This document shows positions 1 through 9,449 of a stretch of 64,000 nt of DNA, in pieces; within the stretch, counting starts at the first letter, position 1; the number at the start of each line of letters is the position of its first letter. The notes beneath the pieces are model-generated. The model ran no database searches. It saw only the letters and a program-made list of their open reading frames with translations, and was not told the DNA's origin. The position numbers and the translations under genes are program-made. Source of the stretch: Escherichia coli (GTDB taxonomy: Bacteria; Pseudomonadota; Gammaproteobacteria; Enterobacterales; Enterobacteriaceae); the NCBI RefSeq assembly GCF_024700885.2, contig NZ_CP117016.1; one strand, 5' to 3'.

Positions 1-1662
1 ATGATACCTGTATGGAGCACAGCCTGCCCGGACTGGGCAGAGCGCCTGAAAAAGGGGCTGTCGATTATTCCGGATCCGATTTATCCGGACGAGGCCGCAC
101 ATGCCCTGGCGATTTTTAAACAACTGCGGATTGTGGATGCACCTGGTAGCCCTACGTTCGGGGAGTCCTGTGCACCGTGGGTGTTTGACCTGGTGGCGGC
201 CCTGTTTGGCTCCTACGATGCGCAGACCGGTGTACGCCATATCAAGGAAGTTTTTATCCTTATCCCCAAGAAAAACTCGAAGTCCACGCTGGCCGCGGGG
301 ATCATGATGACTGCACTGTTACTGAACTGGCGGCAGGCGGCGGGTTACACGATTCTGGCCCCGACTGTGGAGGTGGCGGCCAACGCCTTCAACCCTGCCC
401 GGGATATGGTACGACGTGACGATGATCTGGATGATCTCTGCCAGGTACAGACCCATATCCGGACCATCACCCACCGGGTGACAGACACCACCCTGAAGGT
501 GGTGGCAGCCGATCCGAATACGGTGTCCGGTATCAAGTCCGTGGGTACGCTGATTGATGAGTTGTGGCTGTTTGGCAAGCAGTGCAAGGCGGAGGACATG
601 TTACGTGAAGCCATAGGCGGCCTTGCCTCCCGCCCGGAAGGGTTTGTGGTGTATACGACCACCCAGTCGAATGAACCGCCCGCCGGGGTGTTCAGACAGA
701 AACTGCAGTACGCCCGGGATGTGCGCGACGGCAAAATTCATGATCCGCACTTTCTGCCGGTGATATTTGAACACCCTCCTGAAATGGTGGAAAGCGGGGC
801 TCACCTGCTGATGGAAAACCTCGCCATGGTCAATCCTAATCTCGGCTATTCAGTGGATGAGGCCTTTCTGTACCGGGAGTACCGTAAAGCCCGGGAAGCC
901 GGTGAAGAGACATTCCGGGGGTTCATGTCAAAACACGCCAATGTGGAAATTGGTCTTGCCCTGCGCTCTGACCGCTGGGCGGGGGCTGATTTCTGGGAAG
1001 AGCAGGGCCGTTGTATCAGCCTGGACGATATCCTGCGTCGTGCTGATGTGGTGACGGTGGGGATTGACGGCGGAGGGCTGGATGATCTGCTGGGGATGTA
1101 TGTGATTGGGCGTGACCGGGAGACCCGCGAATGGCTGGGCTGGGGCCATGCCTGGGCGCATGAAACCGCGGTGGTCCGACGGAAGAGCGAGGCGTCCCGG
1201 TTTCAGGATCTTGTTGCCTGTGGAGATATGACCATTGTCCGGCGTGTCGGGGATGACACGGCGGAAGTGGCGGAATATGTGCGTCGCATTCATGAGGCTG
1301 AGTTACTGGACCATATCGGTATTGACCCGTCAGGGGTGGGGCAGATTCTGGATTCACTGGCGGAAGCCGGGATCCCCGACGGAATTGTGGTGGGGATAAG
1401 CCAGGGCTGGAAACTGGGCGGGGCCATTAAAACCACCGAGCGCAAACTGGCTGAAGGGGTGCTGGTGCATGGTGACCAGCCCCTGATGGCCTGGTGTGTC
1501 GGCAATGCCCGGGTGGAGCCTAAAGGTAACGCCATTCTTATCACCAAACAGGCCAGTGGACGGGGAAAAATTGACCCGCTGATGGCGCTGTTCAATGCGG
1601 TCTCCCTGATGTCCCTTAACCCGGAACCGAAAAAGAAAGAATATGCGGTTTTTTTCATATAA
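1..1662 (+). CDS. Phage terminase large subunit (may be 5'-truncated by the window edge)
   Basis: 553-aa ORF in frame from position 1; sequence resembles HK97-family large terminases; sits directly upstream of the head genes. Confidence 0.8.
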   Translation: MIPVWSTACPDWAERLKKGLSIIPDPIYPDEAAHALAIFKQLRIVDAPGSPTFGESCAPWVFDLVAALFGSYDAQTGVRHIKEVFILIPKKNSKSTLAAGIMMTALLLNWRQAAGYTILAPTVEVAANAFNPARDMVRRDDDLDDLCQVQTHIRTITHRVTDTTLKVVAADPNTVSGIKSVGTLIDELWLFGKQCKAEDMLREAIGGLASRPEGFVVYTTTQSNEPPAGVFRQKLQYARDVRDGKIHDPHFLPVIFEHPPEMVESGAHLLMENLAMVNPNLGYSVDEAFLYREYRKAREAGEETFRGFMSKHANVEIGLALRSDRWAGADFWEEQGRCISLDDILRRADVVTVGIDGGGLDDLLGMYVIGRDRETREWLGWGHAWAHETAVVRRKSEASRFQDLVACGDMTIVRRVGDDTAEVAEYVRRIHEAELLDHIGIDPSGVGQILDSLAEAGIPDGIVVGISQGWKLGGAIKTTERKLAEGVLVHGDQPLMAWCVGNARVEPKGNAILITKQASGRGKIDPLMALFNAVSLMSLNPEPKKKEYAVFFI

Positions 1663-1688
1663 CCCTGTTCACACTGTAACCATCACGA

Positions 1689-1710
1689 ACCGCTCCGGCG
1701 GTTTTTTTAT
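1689..1710 (+). terminator. Short hairpin plus T7 tract between terminase and capsid genes (attenuator-like)
   Basis: accgc-tccg-gcggt stem-loop followed by ttttttt; the RBS aggagg and GTG start of the next gene follow. Confidence 0.35.
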
Positions 1711-1725
1711 TTTCAGGAGGCTGAT

Positions 1726-3663
1726 GTGACTCTTAAACGGGCCTGTTCCCTGCTGACGGTGAAATCCTTCAGTGAGGATGAACGAGTGATCACCGGGATT
1801 GCGTCAACGCCTTCTCCGGATCGGGATGGTGACATCCTGGAGCCGGAGGGCGCGGAGTTTGGCAGTGCGATCCCGTTTCTCTGGCAGCATGACCATTCCC
1901 GCCCGGTGGGGCAGTGTACGGTGCGCCGGGTCAGCGAAGGGCTGGAAATCACGGCAACACTGGTGAAGCCCGTACCGGATATGCCGTCGCAACTGGCTGC
2001 CCGGCTGGATGAGGTCTGGGCGGCCATTAAGACCGGGCTGGTCAGGGGGCTGTCCGTGGGCTTCCGTCCCCATGAATACACCTTTCTGGACGGAGGCGGA
2101 CTGCATTTTCTGCGCTGGGAACTGATGGAGGTGTCTGCCGTCACCGTGCCCGCGAATGCGGAATGCACCATCCGGACCATTAAATCTTACGACCGCCCGT
2201 TTTCTGCCGCGTCCGGCAACCGGAAACCGGTGGTGAAAATCGCATCTTCTGCCGGCGCTGCGGCACAGTCAACAACCGTTTTTCATAAGGAAAAGACCAT
2301 AATGAATATTGGCGAACAGATTAAAAGTTTTGAAAACAAGCGTGCAGCGCTGGCAGCCTCCCTTGAGGAGGTCATGACCAAAGCCGCAGAGGAAGGGCGC
2401 ACGCTGGATGTGGAGGAGGAAGAGCATTACGACAACACCGCAGCGGAAATCCGTCAGGTGGATGCGCACCTGAAGCGCCTGCGTGAACTGGAAGCCGGTA
2501 AGGCCGCCACGGCGCAGCCGGTGAAACAGGCCGGTAACGGGAATGTGGCCGCGGTGGCTTCTGCGCCGGTGATCCGTGTGGAGCAGAAACTGGATAAGGG
2601 GATTGGCTTCGCCCGCTTTGCCAAATCGCTGGCTGCGGCTAAAGGCGTCCGATCTGAAGCCCTGGAAGTGGCCCGTCGTCAGTATCCGGATGACAGTCGT
2701 CTGCATCATGTCCTGAAATCGGCAGTGGGCGCGGGGACCACCACGGATCCGCAGTGGGCAGGCAGCCTGTCTGAATATCAGGAATACGCACAGGACTTTA
2801 TTGATTACCTGCGTCCGCAGACCATTATCGGGCGATTTGGTCAGGGCGGGATCCCTGCACTTCGTCAGGTGCCGTTCAATATCCGTGTGCACGCCCAGGT
2901 GTCCGGCGGTGCTGCCGGCTGGGTGGGTGAGGGTAAGGCAAAACCCCTGACGAAGTTTGATTTTGAATCCATCACCTTCAGTCATGCGAAGGTGTCGGCC
3001 ATTGCGGTACTGACGGAAGAATTGATCCGTTTTTCCAGTCCGGCTGCTGATGCACTGGTCCGTAATGCGCTGGCGGAAGCGGTGGTGGCGCGTCTGGATA
3101 CAGACTTTGTGGACCCGAAAAAAGCCGCAGTGGCAGATGTCTCCCCGGCGTCCATCACCCATGATGTGAAGGGCACGGCATCAACCGGTAACCCGGATGC
3201 GGATGCAGAGGCTGCGTTTGGACAGTTTGTGGCAGCAAACCTGCAGCCCACCGGTGCGGTCTGGCTGATGTCCAGCACCAATGCCCTGGCACTGTCCATG
3301 CGTAAAAATGCGCTGGGTCAGAAGGAATACCCGGACATGACCCTGCTGGGTGGCTCCTTCCAGGGGCTGCCGGTGATTGTCTCCCAGTACGTGGGTGACC
3401 AGCTGGTGCTGGTGAATGCCCCGGATATTTATCTGGCGGATGACGGCGGCGTGGCAGTGGATATGTCCCGCGAGGCATCACTGGAAATGCAGTCTGAGCC
3501 GGGCGGCGACAGTACCACGCCGTCCCCGGTGGAGCTGGTTTCCATGTTCCAGACAGGCAGCGTGGCCATCCGTGCGGAGCGCTGGATCAACTGGCGTCGT
3601 CGCCGTACCGCGGCGGTGGCGGTGATCACCGGAGTGAACTACGGCAGTGCGTCCGGCGGCTGA
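1726..3663 (+). CDS. Prohead protease - scaffold - major capsid protein fusion (HK97 family)
   Basis: N-terminal part resembles HK97-type prohead proteases (DRDGDILEP, LWQHD, SVGF, VSAVTVPANAE); after an internal MNIGEQIK and a charged coiled-coil stretch, the C-terminal part resembles HK97-fold capsid proteins. GTG start 6 nt after aggagg. Confidence 0.85.
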   Translation: MTLKRACSLLTVKSFSEDERVITGIASTPSPDRDGDILEPEGAEFGSAIPFLWQHDHSRPVGQCTVRRVSEGLEITATLVKPVPDMPSQLAARLDEVWAAIKTGLVRGLSVGFRPHEYTFLDGGGLHFLRWELMEVSAVTVPANAECTIRTIKSYDRPFSAASGNRKPVVKIASSAGAAAQSTTVFHKEKTIMNIGEQIKSFENKRAALAASLEEVMTKAAEEGRTLDVEEEEHYDNTAAEIRQVDAHLKRLRELEAGKAATAQPVKQAGNGNVAAVASAPVIRVEQKLDKGIGFARFAKSLAAAKGVRSEALEVARRQYPDDSRLHHVLKSAVGAGTTTDPQWAGSLSEYQEYAQDFIDYLRPQTIIGRFGQGGIPALRQVPFNIRVHAQVSGGAAGWVGEGKAKPLTKFDFESITFSHAKVSAIAVLTEELIRFSSPAADALVRNALAEAVVARLDTDFVDPKKAAVADVSPASITHDVKGTASTGNPDADAEAAFGQFVAANLQPTGAVWLMSSTNALALSMRKNALGQKEYPDMTLLGGSFQGLPVIVSQYVGDQLVLVNAPDIYLADDGGVAVDMSREASLEMQSEPGGDSTTPSPVELVSMFQTGSVAIRAERWINWRRRRTAAVAVITGVNYGSASGG

Positions 3664-3707
3664 GTCTGATAAGGAGGACGGGAGGCGTGCGCCTCCCGTA
3701 ACAGGTT

Positions 3708-3929
3708 ATGGCAAAGATCCGATATCTGCAGGGCACGCATGATGCCCGGGCCGGGGATATCCGTGATGTGGCACAGCCGTGTGCGGAGGTGCTGGTTCGC
3801 CTGGGAAAGGCGGAGTACATCACGGTGCGACGTCCGGCAGGTCAGAAAAAGAAACGTGATGCGGAGCATGGCGAATGTGGAACCTTTTACGGCGAACCCG
3901 AAAAAACCAGAAATCAGGACGTGACGTAA
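3708..3929 (+). CDS. Hypothetical small protein (73 aa) between capsid and portal; overlaps the annotated portal start
   Basis: ORF only; follows the cgggaggc-gtgc-gcctcccg hairpin after the capsid gene; no recognisable family; weak RBS. Confidence 0.2.
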   Translation: MAKIRYLQGTHDARAGDIRDVAQPCAEVLVRLGKAEYITVRRPAGQKKKRDAEHGECGTFYGEPEKTRNQDVT

Positions 3930-6460
3930 GAGAGGCGGGCTGGACCAGCCTGTTTCAGGCGGTGGCTGAGCCCTTTTCCGGCGCCTGGCAGCAGGGCGTG
4001 AAAGCCGATCCTGAAGCCGTCCTCTCCTTTCATGCGGTGTTTGCATGTATTTCGCTGATATCCCAGGATATCGCCAAAATGCGGCTGCGTCTTATGCAGA
4101 CGGATGCGCATGGGATACGCAGGGAAACGCGCCGGGGGGATATTGCCCGCCTCTGTCGTCGTCCCAACGCCCAGCAGAACCGCATCCAGTTTTTTGAACT
4201 GTGGCTGAACGCCAAACTGCGTCACGGCAATACGGTGGTGCTGAAAATCCGTAATGCCCGGGGGCAGATCAAAGAACTGCGTATTCTGGACTGGAGCCGG
4301 GTTGAACCTCTGGTGGCGGATGACGGCGAGGTGTTCTACCGCATCACGCCGGACCGGAACTGCGGGATCACGGAGGCGGTGACGGTGCCTGCCCGGGAAG
4401 TGATCCACGACCGGTTTAACTGTTTTTTTCATCCGCTTATAGGATTGCCGCCGGTGTATGCCGCCGGGCTGGCGGCCACGCAGGGGCATCATATTCAGGA
4501 AAATTCGACGTCTTTTTTCAGAAATGGTGGCAGGCCGTCCGGGGTGATTGAGATCCCCGGCAGTATTACGGAAGAAAATGCGAAAAAACTGAAGAGCAAC
4601 TGGGACAGCGGGTATACAGGCGAAAATGCGGGGAAAACGGCCATTCTGAGCAACGGGGCAAAATACAACCCCACGACGTTTTCACCTGTGGATGCGCAGA
4701 CGGTGGAACAACTGAAGATGACCGCTGAAATTGTCTGTTCGGTGTTCCGTGTCCCGGCCTACAAGATTGGCGTGGGACAACCGCCTTCCAGTGACAACGT
4801 GGAGGCGCTGGAGCAGCAGTATTATTCCCAGTGCCTGCAGACGCTGATTGAGTCCATTGAACTGTTACTGGATGAGGCGCTGGAAACGGGGGAAAACGAG
4901 AGTACAGAATTTGATGTCACCACGCTGCTGAGAATGGACAGTGAGCGGCGCATGAAAACGCTGGGGGATGCGGTGAAAAATACGCTTCTCACGCCCAATG
5001 AGGCCCGTAAACGGGAGAACCTGCCGCCCCTGGCCGGCGGTGATGCACTGTATCTTCAGCAGCAGAACTACAGTCTGGAGGCGCTGTCCCGTCGTGATGC
5101 CCGTGAGGATCCGTTCTCGTCTGCCGGGAAAACAGTTTCATCACAGCTGCCTGACGGCGCATCTGACGGTAATAAGGCAATCAGTGAAACAGAGCATGAT
5201 GCGGTGAAAGCGATGTTCAGGGGGGATACTGAGAAAATGACGGAACGGGAACTGTCCATTATTCGTGCACTGGGAGAAGAATTCTCCACAGTGCTGGCGG
5301 ATTTACAGCGCACATTTGAGGGGAAGATGGCCTCGCAGGCACAAGCGTTTGAAGAGAAACTGACTTCCCTGTCGGCGGTATTACAGAAGCATGTGACGGT
5401 GGATGAGGTGCGTCCGGTTCTGCAGGCGATGGTGGATGACGCTGTGGGGGCCATTCCGGTACCGCGTGATGGTCGTGATTATGATCCGGATGTACTGCAG
5501 CAGGCGGTGAATGATGCGGTCGCAAATATTCCGCAGCCGGCGGACGGTAAAAGTCTCACCCCGGATGATGTGCGTCCGATGCTTGAACAGATGGTGAAGG
5601 AGGCTGTAAGCCATATCCCTGTTCCGCGTGATGGTCGTGACTACGATCCGGAAGTACTGCAGAAGGCGGTGAATGATGCGGTCGCAAATATTCCGCAGCC
5701 GGCGGACGGTAAAAGTCTCACCCCGGATGATGTGCGTCCGATGCTTGAACAGATGGTGAAGGAGGCTGTAAGCCATATCCCTGTTCCGCGCGACGGTCGT
5801 GACTATGATCCCGATGTTCTGCAGAAGGCGGTGAATGATGCGGTCGCAAATATTCCGCAGCCGGCAGACGGTAAAAGTCTCACCCCGGATGATGTGCGTC
5901 CGATGCTTGAACAGATGGTGAAGGAGGCGGTAAGCCATATTCATGTTCCGCGTGATGGTCGTGACTACGATCCGGATGTTCTGCAGAAGGCGGTTCTGGA
6001 TGCGGTGAGTGCCCTGCCGGCTCCGCAGGACGGGCGTGATGCCACGGCTCTGGAAATACTCCCCGCCATTGACGATCAAAAATCCTTTCCCCGGGGCACG
6101 TATGCCACACACCAGGGCGGACTCTGGCGGGCGTATGAAAAAACGCACGGGATGCGGGGATGGGAATGCCTGGTTGACGGGGTGGCGGATATTGACGTCA
6201 GCATGACGGGTGAGCGGTTGTTCTCTGTGGTGGTCCGGCAGAGCAGTGGCCAGCGTACGGAAAAAACATTTTCCCTGCCGGTGATGCTCTACCGCGGTGT
6301 GTTCAGAGCCGGTGAAACCTACCACCCCGGCGATACGGTGACGTGGGGGGGCTCGCTGTGGCACTGCAACAGTATGACCGAAGATAAACCCGGAGAAGCT
6401 CATTCATCAGCCTGGACCCTGGCTGCAAAACGTGGGCGGGATGCAGGAGGCGGAAAATGA
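3875..6460 (+). CDS. Portal protein (HK97 family) with about 465-aa C-terminal extension containing tandem repeats
   Basis: Residues about 40-400 align to HK97-type portal motifs (FHAVFACISLISQDIA, RRPNAQQNRIQFFELWLNAKLRHGNTVVL, FFRNGGRPSGVIEIPGSITEENAKKLKSNWDSGYTGENAGKTAILSNGAKYNP, NEARKRENLPPLAGGDALYLQ); the ORF continues uninterrupted for another about 465 codons. Start codon uncertain. Confidence 0.8.
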   Translation: MWNLLRRTRKNQKSGRDVREAGWTSLFQAVAEPFSGAWQQGVKADPEAVLSFHAVFACISLISQDIAKMRLRLMQTDAHGIRRETRRGDIARLCRRPNAQQNRIQFFELWLNAKLRHGNTVVLKIRNARGQIKELRILDWSRVEPLVADDGEVFYRITPDRNCGITEAVTVPAREVIHDRFNCFFHPLIGLPPVYAAGLAATQGHHIQENSTSFFRNGGRPSGVIEIPGSITEENAKKLKSNWDSGYTGENAGKTAILSNGAKYNPTTFSPVDAQTVEQLKMTAEIVCSVFRVPAYKIGVGQPPSSDNVEALEQQYYSQCLQTLIESIELLLDEALETGENESTEFDVTTLLRMDSERRMKTLGDAVKNTLLTPNEARKRENLPPLAGGDALYLQQQNYSLEALSRRDAREDPFSSAGKTVSSQLPDGASDGNKAISETEHDAVKAMFRGDTEKMTERELSIIRALGEEFSTVLADLQRTFEGKMASQAQAFEEKLTSLSAVLQKHVTVDEVRPVLQAMVDDAVGAIPVPRDGRDYDPDVLQQAVNDAVANIPQPADGKSLTPDDVRPMLEQMVKEAVSHIPVPRDGRDYDPEVLQKAVNDAVANIPQPADGKSLTPDDVRPMLEQMVKEAVSHIPVPRDGRDYDPDVLQKAVNDAVANIPQPADGKSLTPDDVRPMLEQMVKEAVSHIHVPRDGRDYDPDVLQKAVLDAVSALPAPQDGRDATALEILPAIDDQKSFPRGTYATHQGGLWRAYEKTHGMRGWECLVDGVADIDVSMTGERLFSVVVRQSSGQRTEKTFSLPVMLYRGVFRAGETYHPGDTVTWGGSLWHCNSMTEDKPGEAHSSAWTLAAKRGRDAGGGK
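5399..6046 (+). repeat. In-frame tandem repeat array, period 162 bp (54 aa), about 4 copies, inside the portal gene 3' extension
   Basis: Unit ccggatgatgtgcgtccgatgcttgaacagatggtgaaggaggc... recurs at 5561, 5723 and 5885 with near-identity; a diverged copy precedes and a partial copy follows. Confidence 0.9.
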
Positions 6461-6783
6461 CGGCATTACTGACACTGGAAGAGATCAAGGCACATCTGCG
6501 TGTCGACCATGACGCGGATGATGACATGCTGATGGACAAGGTTTGTCAGGCTACCGCCGTGCTGCTGGCCTACATTCAGGGCAGCCGGGATAAAGTGATC
6601 CGTGAGGACGGTGAACTGATCCCGGGCGAGGCATTAACCCGGATGAAGGGGGCTGCCATGCGACTGACCGGGATGCTGTACCGGAATCCGGATCTTGCGG
6701 AGCGGGAAGAACTGCTTCAGGGGGAGCTGCCGTTTTCTGTTTCCGTGCTGATTTACGATTTGCGTTGTCCGACGGTGTTATGA
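6457..6783 (+). CDS. Head-tail connector protein (gp6-like)
   Basis: 108-aa ORF, ATG overlapping the portal stop (ATGA); N-terminus TLEEIKAHLRVDHDADDDML typical of gp6-like connector proteins. Confidence 0.65.
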   Translation: MTALLTLEEIKAHLRVDHDADDDMLMDKVCQATAVLLAYIQGSRDKVIREDGELIPGEALTRMKGAAMRLTGMLYRNPDLAEREELLQGELPFSVSVLIYDLRCPTVL

Positions 6784-6792
6784 GGAGGGGGA

Positions 6793-7143
6793 ATGGCAAT
6801 ATCTGCAGGTCGTCTGACACAGATGATAAGTGTTCTGAATCCGGTGTTAACCCGTAACGCTGCCGGAGAAATGACGGAAGAATGGGTGTCATGCGGGAAA
6901 ATTCATGCGGATATCCGTGGCAGGAGCAGCCGGGAGCGGATGCAGTCCGGTGCGGAAATGGCGCAGGCGGAAATCCGCATCTGGGTGCGCGGTCAGTCCG
7001 GTCGGGAAATCACGGCAGCGTCACGACTTCATGTGCTGAGTGGTCCATGGCGTGACCGGATCCTGAACGTTGTCGGGCTGCCCGTGCCGGATGCGACCGG
7101 CGGGCGTCTGGAAATTCTCTGTCGGCTGGGAGGGGAAAAATGA
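6793..7143 (+). CDS. Head closure / head-tail adaptor protein
   Basis: 116-aa ORF with RBS gaggagg; position and size fit a head-tail joining protein. Confidence 0.55.
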   Translation: MAISAGRLTQMISVLNPVLTRNAAGEMTEEWVSCGKIHADIRGRSSRERMQSGAEMAQAEIRIWVRGQSGREITAASRLHVLSGPWRDRILNVVGLPVPDATGGRLEILCRLGGEK

Positions 7144-7586
7144 TCGAAACCCTGCTGGATTTTTCGGGGCTGGAGGACATCAGCCGCGATTTGCAGCTTC
7201 TGAGTGGTGCGGAAAATAACCGGGTGCTGCGTGAGGCAACCCGTGCGGGTGCGAATGTGCTGAAAGAAGAAGTGGTGTCACGGGCACCGGTACGCAGGGG
7301 AAAACTGCGCCGCAATGTGGTGATCCTTTCCCGGCGCTCCCGCGATGGCGGGATGGAATCCGGTGTCCATATCCGTGGTGTTAATCCGGACACCGGTAAC
7401 AGCGATAACACTATGAAGGCGGATAACCCGCGCAATGCTTTCTACTGGCGGTTTGTGGAAATGGGGACTGTGAATATGCCACCGCACCCGTTTGTGCGCC
7501 CGGCGTTTGATGTGCGCAGTGAACAGGCAGCTCAGGTGGCGATTGCGCGGATGAACCGGGCCATTGATGAGGTACTGAGACGATGA
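7140..7586 (+). CDS. Tail component protein (HK97 gp10-like)
   Basis: 148-aa ORF translationally coupled (ATGA overlap); position in the morphogenesis module. Confidence 0.55.
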   Translation: MIETLLDFSGLEDISRDLQLLSGAENNRVLREATRAGANVLKEEVVSRAPVRRGKLRRNVVILSRRSRDGGMESGVHIRGVNPDTGNSDNTMKADNPRNAFYWRFVEMGTVNMPPHPFVRPAFDVRSEQAAQVAIARMNRAIDEVLRR

Positions 7587-7927
7587 CGGAGGCGGATTTG
7601 TATCCTCATCTGGCGCATCTTGCCGGCGGGCAGGTGTACCCGTATGTGGTCCCCCTGCTGGATGGCAGGCCGTCGGTGGCGCTTCCGTGGGTGGTTTTCA
7701 GCCTGATTTCATCGGTGTCAGCGGACGTGATGGGCGGGCAGGCGGAGTCCTCAGTGTCGGTGCAGATAGACGTTTATGCCGGGACTGTGACGCAGGCGCG
7801 TCAGATACGTCAGGACGCCCGTGAAGCCATAATGCTGCTGGCCCCGGGATCCGTCAGTGAAATGCAGGACTATATTCCGGAAAACCGCTGTTACCGTGCA
7901 ACCCTGGAGTTTCAGGTCACGGTGTGA
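7583..7927 (+). CDS. Tail completion / tail terminator-like protein
   Basis: 114-aa ORF coupled to the upstream gene, immediately before the major tail gene. Confidence 0.5.
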   Translation: MTEADLYPHLAHLAGGQVYPYVVPLLDGRPSVALPWVVFSLISSVSADVMGGQAESSVSVQIDVYAGTVTQARQIRQDAREAIMLLAPGSVSEMQDYIPENRCYRATLEFQVTV

Positions 7928-7953
7928 CTTTTTCTTTTTTCTACAAAACCATA

Positions 7954-7976
7954 CCCCGCCGCGTGCGGGTTTTTTA
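7954..7976 (+). terminator. Hairpin plus T tract upstream of the major tail gene
   Basis: cccgc-cgcgt-gcggg followed by tttttt; caggagg RBS and ATG 7992 follow. Confidence 0.35.
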
Positions 7977-7991
7977 TTATCAGGAGGCAGA

Positions 7992-8708
7992 ATGTCTGCT
8001 TTGTATGAACGCTCACAGCTGACGCAGGTGATGATTTCATCTGCCCCGGCGACTGCTGAAACTATGGATAAGGCGGAATATCTGCGCCTGGATTGCACCA
8101 TCAAGGAAGTCCAGTTCACCGCCGGTCAGAAACAGGATATTGATGTGACCACGCTCTGCTCCACCGAGCAGGAGAACATCAACGGTCTGGGGGCGTCGTC
8201 TGAGATTTCCATGTCGGGTAATTTTTATCTGAATCAGGCCCAGAACGCCCTGCGTGATGCCTATGACAATGACGCGTTGTATGCGTTTAAGGTGCTGTTT
8301 CCGTCCGGTAAGGGCTTTAAGTTCCTGGCGGAAGTGCGTCAGCACACCTGGTCATCCGGTACCAACGGCGTGGTGGCAGCAACGTTTTCACTGCGTATGA
8401 AAGGCAAACCGGTGTCCTTTGTGGTACCGCTGGCGTTTGTGAAAAATCTGGATAAAACACTTACCGTGAATACAGGTGCGCTGCTGACAATGTCAGTCAG
8501 TGCCAACGGGGGAACGCCGCCGTATAAATACGCCTGGAAGAAGGATGGTCAGCCGGTTGACGGGCAGACGACAGACACCTTCAGTAAGCCAGGTGCGCAG
8601 TCCGCTGATGCGGGGAAATATACCTGCGTGGTGACCGATTCGGCAGAGAAAGCACAGAGTGTGACGTCTGTTGAATGCACCGTGACAGTGAGCGCAGCCG
8701 CCGGATAA
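7992..8708 (+). CDS. Major tail protein (lambda gpV-like) with C-terminal Ig-like domain
   Basis: ATG 7992 preceded by aggagg; C-terminal about 80 aa look like a bacterial Ig-like domain (TVNTGALLTMSVSANGGTPPYKYAWKKDGQPV...GKYTCVVTD), as in lambda gpV. Confidence 0.8.
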   Translation: MSALYERSQLTQVMISSAPATAETMDKAEYLRLDCTIKEVQFTAGQKQDIDVTTLCSTEQENINGLGASSEISMSGNFYLNQAQNALRDAYDNDALYAFKVLFPSGKGFKFLAEVRQHTWSSGTNGVVAATFSLRMKGKPVSFVVPLAFVKNLDKTLTVNTGALLTMSVSANGGTPPYKYAWKKDGQPVDGQTTDTFSKPGAQSADAGKYTCVVTDSAEKAQSVTSVECTVTVSAAAG

Positions 8709-8722
8709 GGGGATGGGTCATC

Positions 8723-9097
8723 ATGAAAAAGGATCTGAAAACGCTGGCGCTGGCCAGACTGTCAGGGTTTCGTCATAAAACGGTGAAGGTGCCGGAATGG
8801 GGTAATGTCAGCGTGGTGCTGCGGGAGCCTTCGGCAGAGGCCTGGTATCTGTGGCAGGAAGTGCTCAATGGTGATGGAGAGGATGACGATACCCTGTCGG
8901 TGGTGGCGAAAACCCGCCGTAACCTGGAAGCGGATGTGACGCTGTTCTGCGATGTCCTGTGTGATACGGATCTGCAGCGGGTGTTCGCTCCGGACGACCG
9001 TGAGCAGGTGCTGGCCGTCTATGGTCCGGTACATGCCCGGTTGCTGCGTCAGGCACTGGAACTGATCGCTGATGCAGAGTCGGCCAGAAAAAAGTAG
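8723..9097 (+). CDS. Tail assembly chaperone (lambda gpG-like)
   Basis: 124-aa acidic ORF immediately before the tape-measure gene; ends at TAG 9095-9097 just after the slippery heptamer. Confidence 0.8.
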   Translation: MKKDLKTLALARLSGFRHKTVKVPEWGNVSVVLREPSAEAWYLWQEVLNGDGEDDDTLSVVAKTRRNLEADVTLFCDVLCDTDLQRVFAPDDREQVLAVYGPVHARLLRQALELIADAESARKK

Positions 9098-9402
9098 CCC
9101 GCCCGGAAATTCGCTTTCTGATGCGACTTGCGCTCCGTCTGGGGCGCACCTTATCCGAACTGCGGCACAGCCTGAGTGTGAGCGAGGCGATGATGTGGAT
9201 GGAGTTCGACAGGGTATCCCCGCTGGGTGATGAGCGCGGGGATATCCGTAATGCACAGATCGTGAAAGCGGTTTTTGGGGCACAGGGGATGAATGTTGCA
9301 CTGAAGGACGCCATGCTCTGCTGGGGCGAGGATGAGGATAAGCCGGAGGTGGATCCGTTTGCGGCGCTGGAAGACGCGCTGAGCTTTGCAGCACAGTCAT
9401 GA
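8723..9402 (+). CDS. Tail assembly chaperone G-T fusion (made by -1 frameshift at 9088-9094)
   Basis: G-frame ORF plus contiguous -1 frame ORF; conserved G/GT arrangement upstream of tape-measure genes in long-tailed phages. Confidence 0.7.
9088..9094 (+). promoter_or_regulatory. Programmed -1 ribosomal frameshift site (A AAA AAG) generating the G-T fusion
   Basis: Heptamer A_AAA_AAG in the G zero frame 1 nt before the G stop; the -1 frame is open from 9094 to the TGA at 9400-9402 (ORF-track ORF 9121..9402). Confidence 0.75.
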
Positions 9403-9410
9403 ATGATGAG

Positions 9411-9431
9411 AACCGCTGAGGCGGTTTTTTT
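9411..9431 (+). terminator. Hairpin plus T tract between GT and the tape-measure gene
   Basis: aaccgc-tgag-gcggtt followed by ttttttt. Confidence 0.35.
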
Positions 9432-9449
9432 ACGCCCGGAGAAAGGTGA

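Noticed and set aside
5381-6403. 340-aa minus-strand ORF opposite the portal gene
   Set aside because: It is antisense to the tandem-repeat array, so the repeats propagate an open frame; the product is itself repetitive and His/Arg-rich with no start context; the portal reading is supported by homology.
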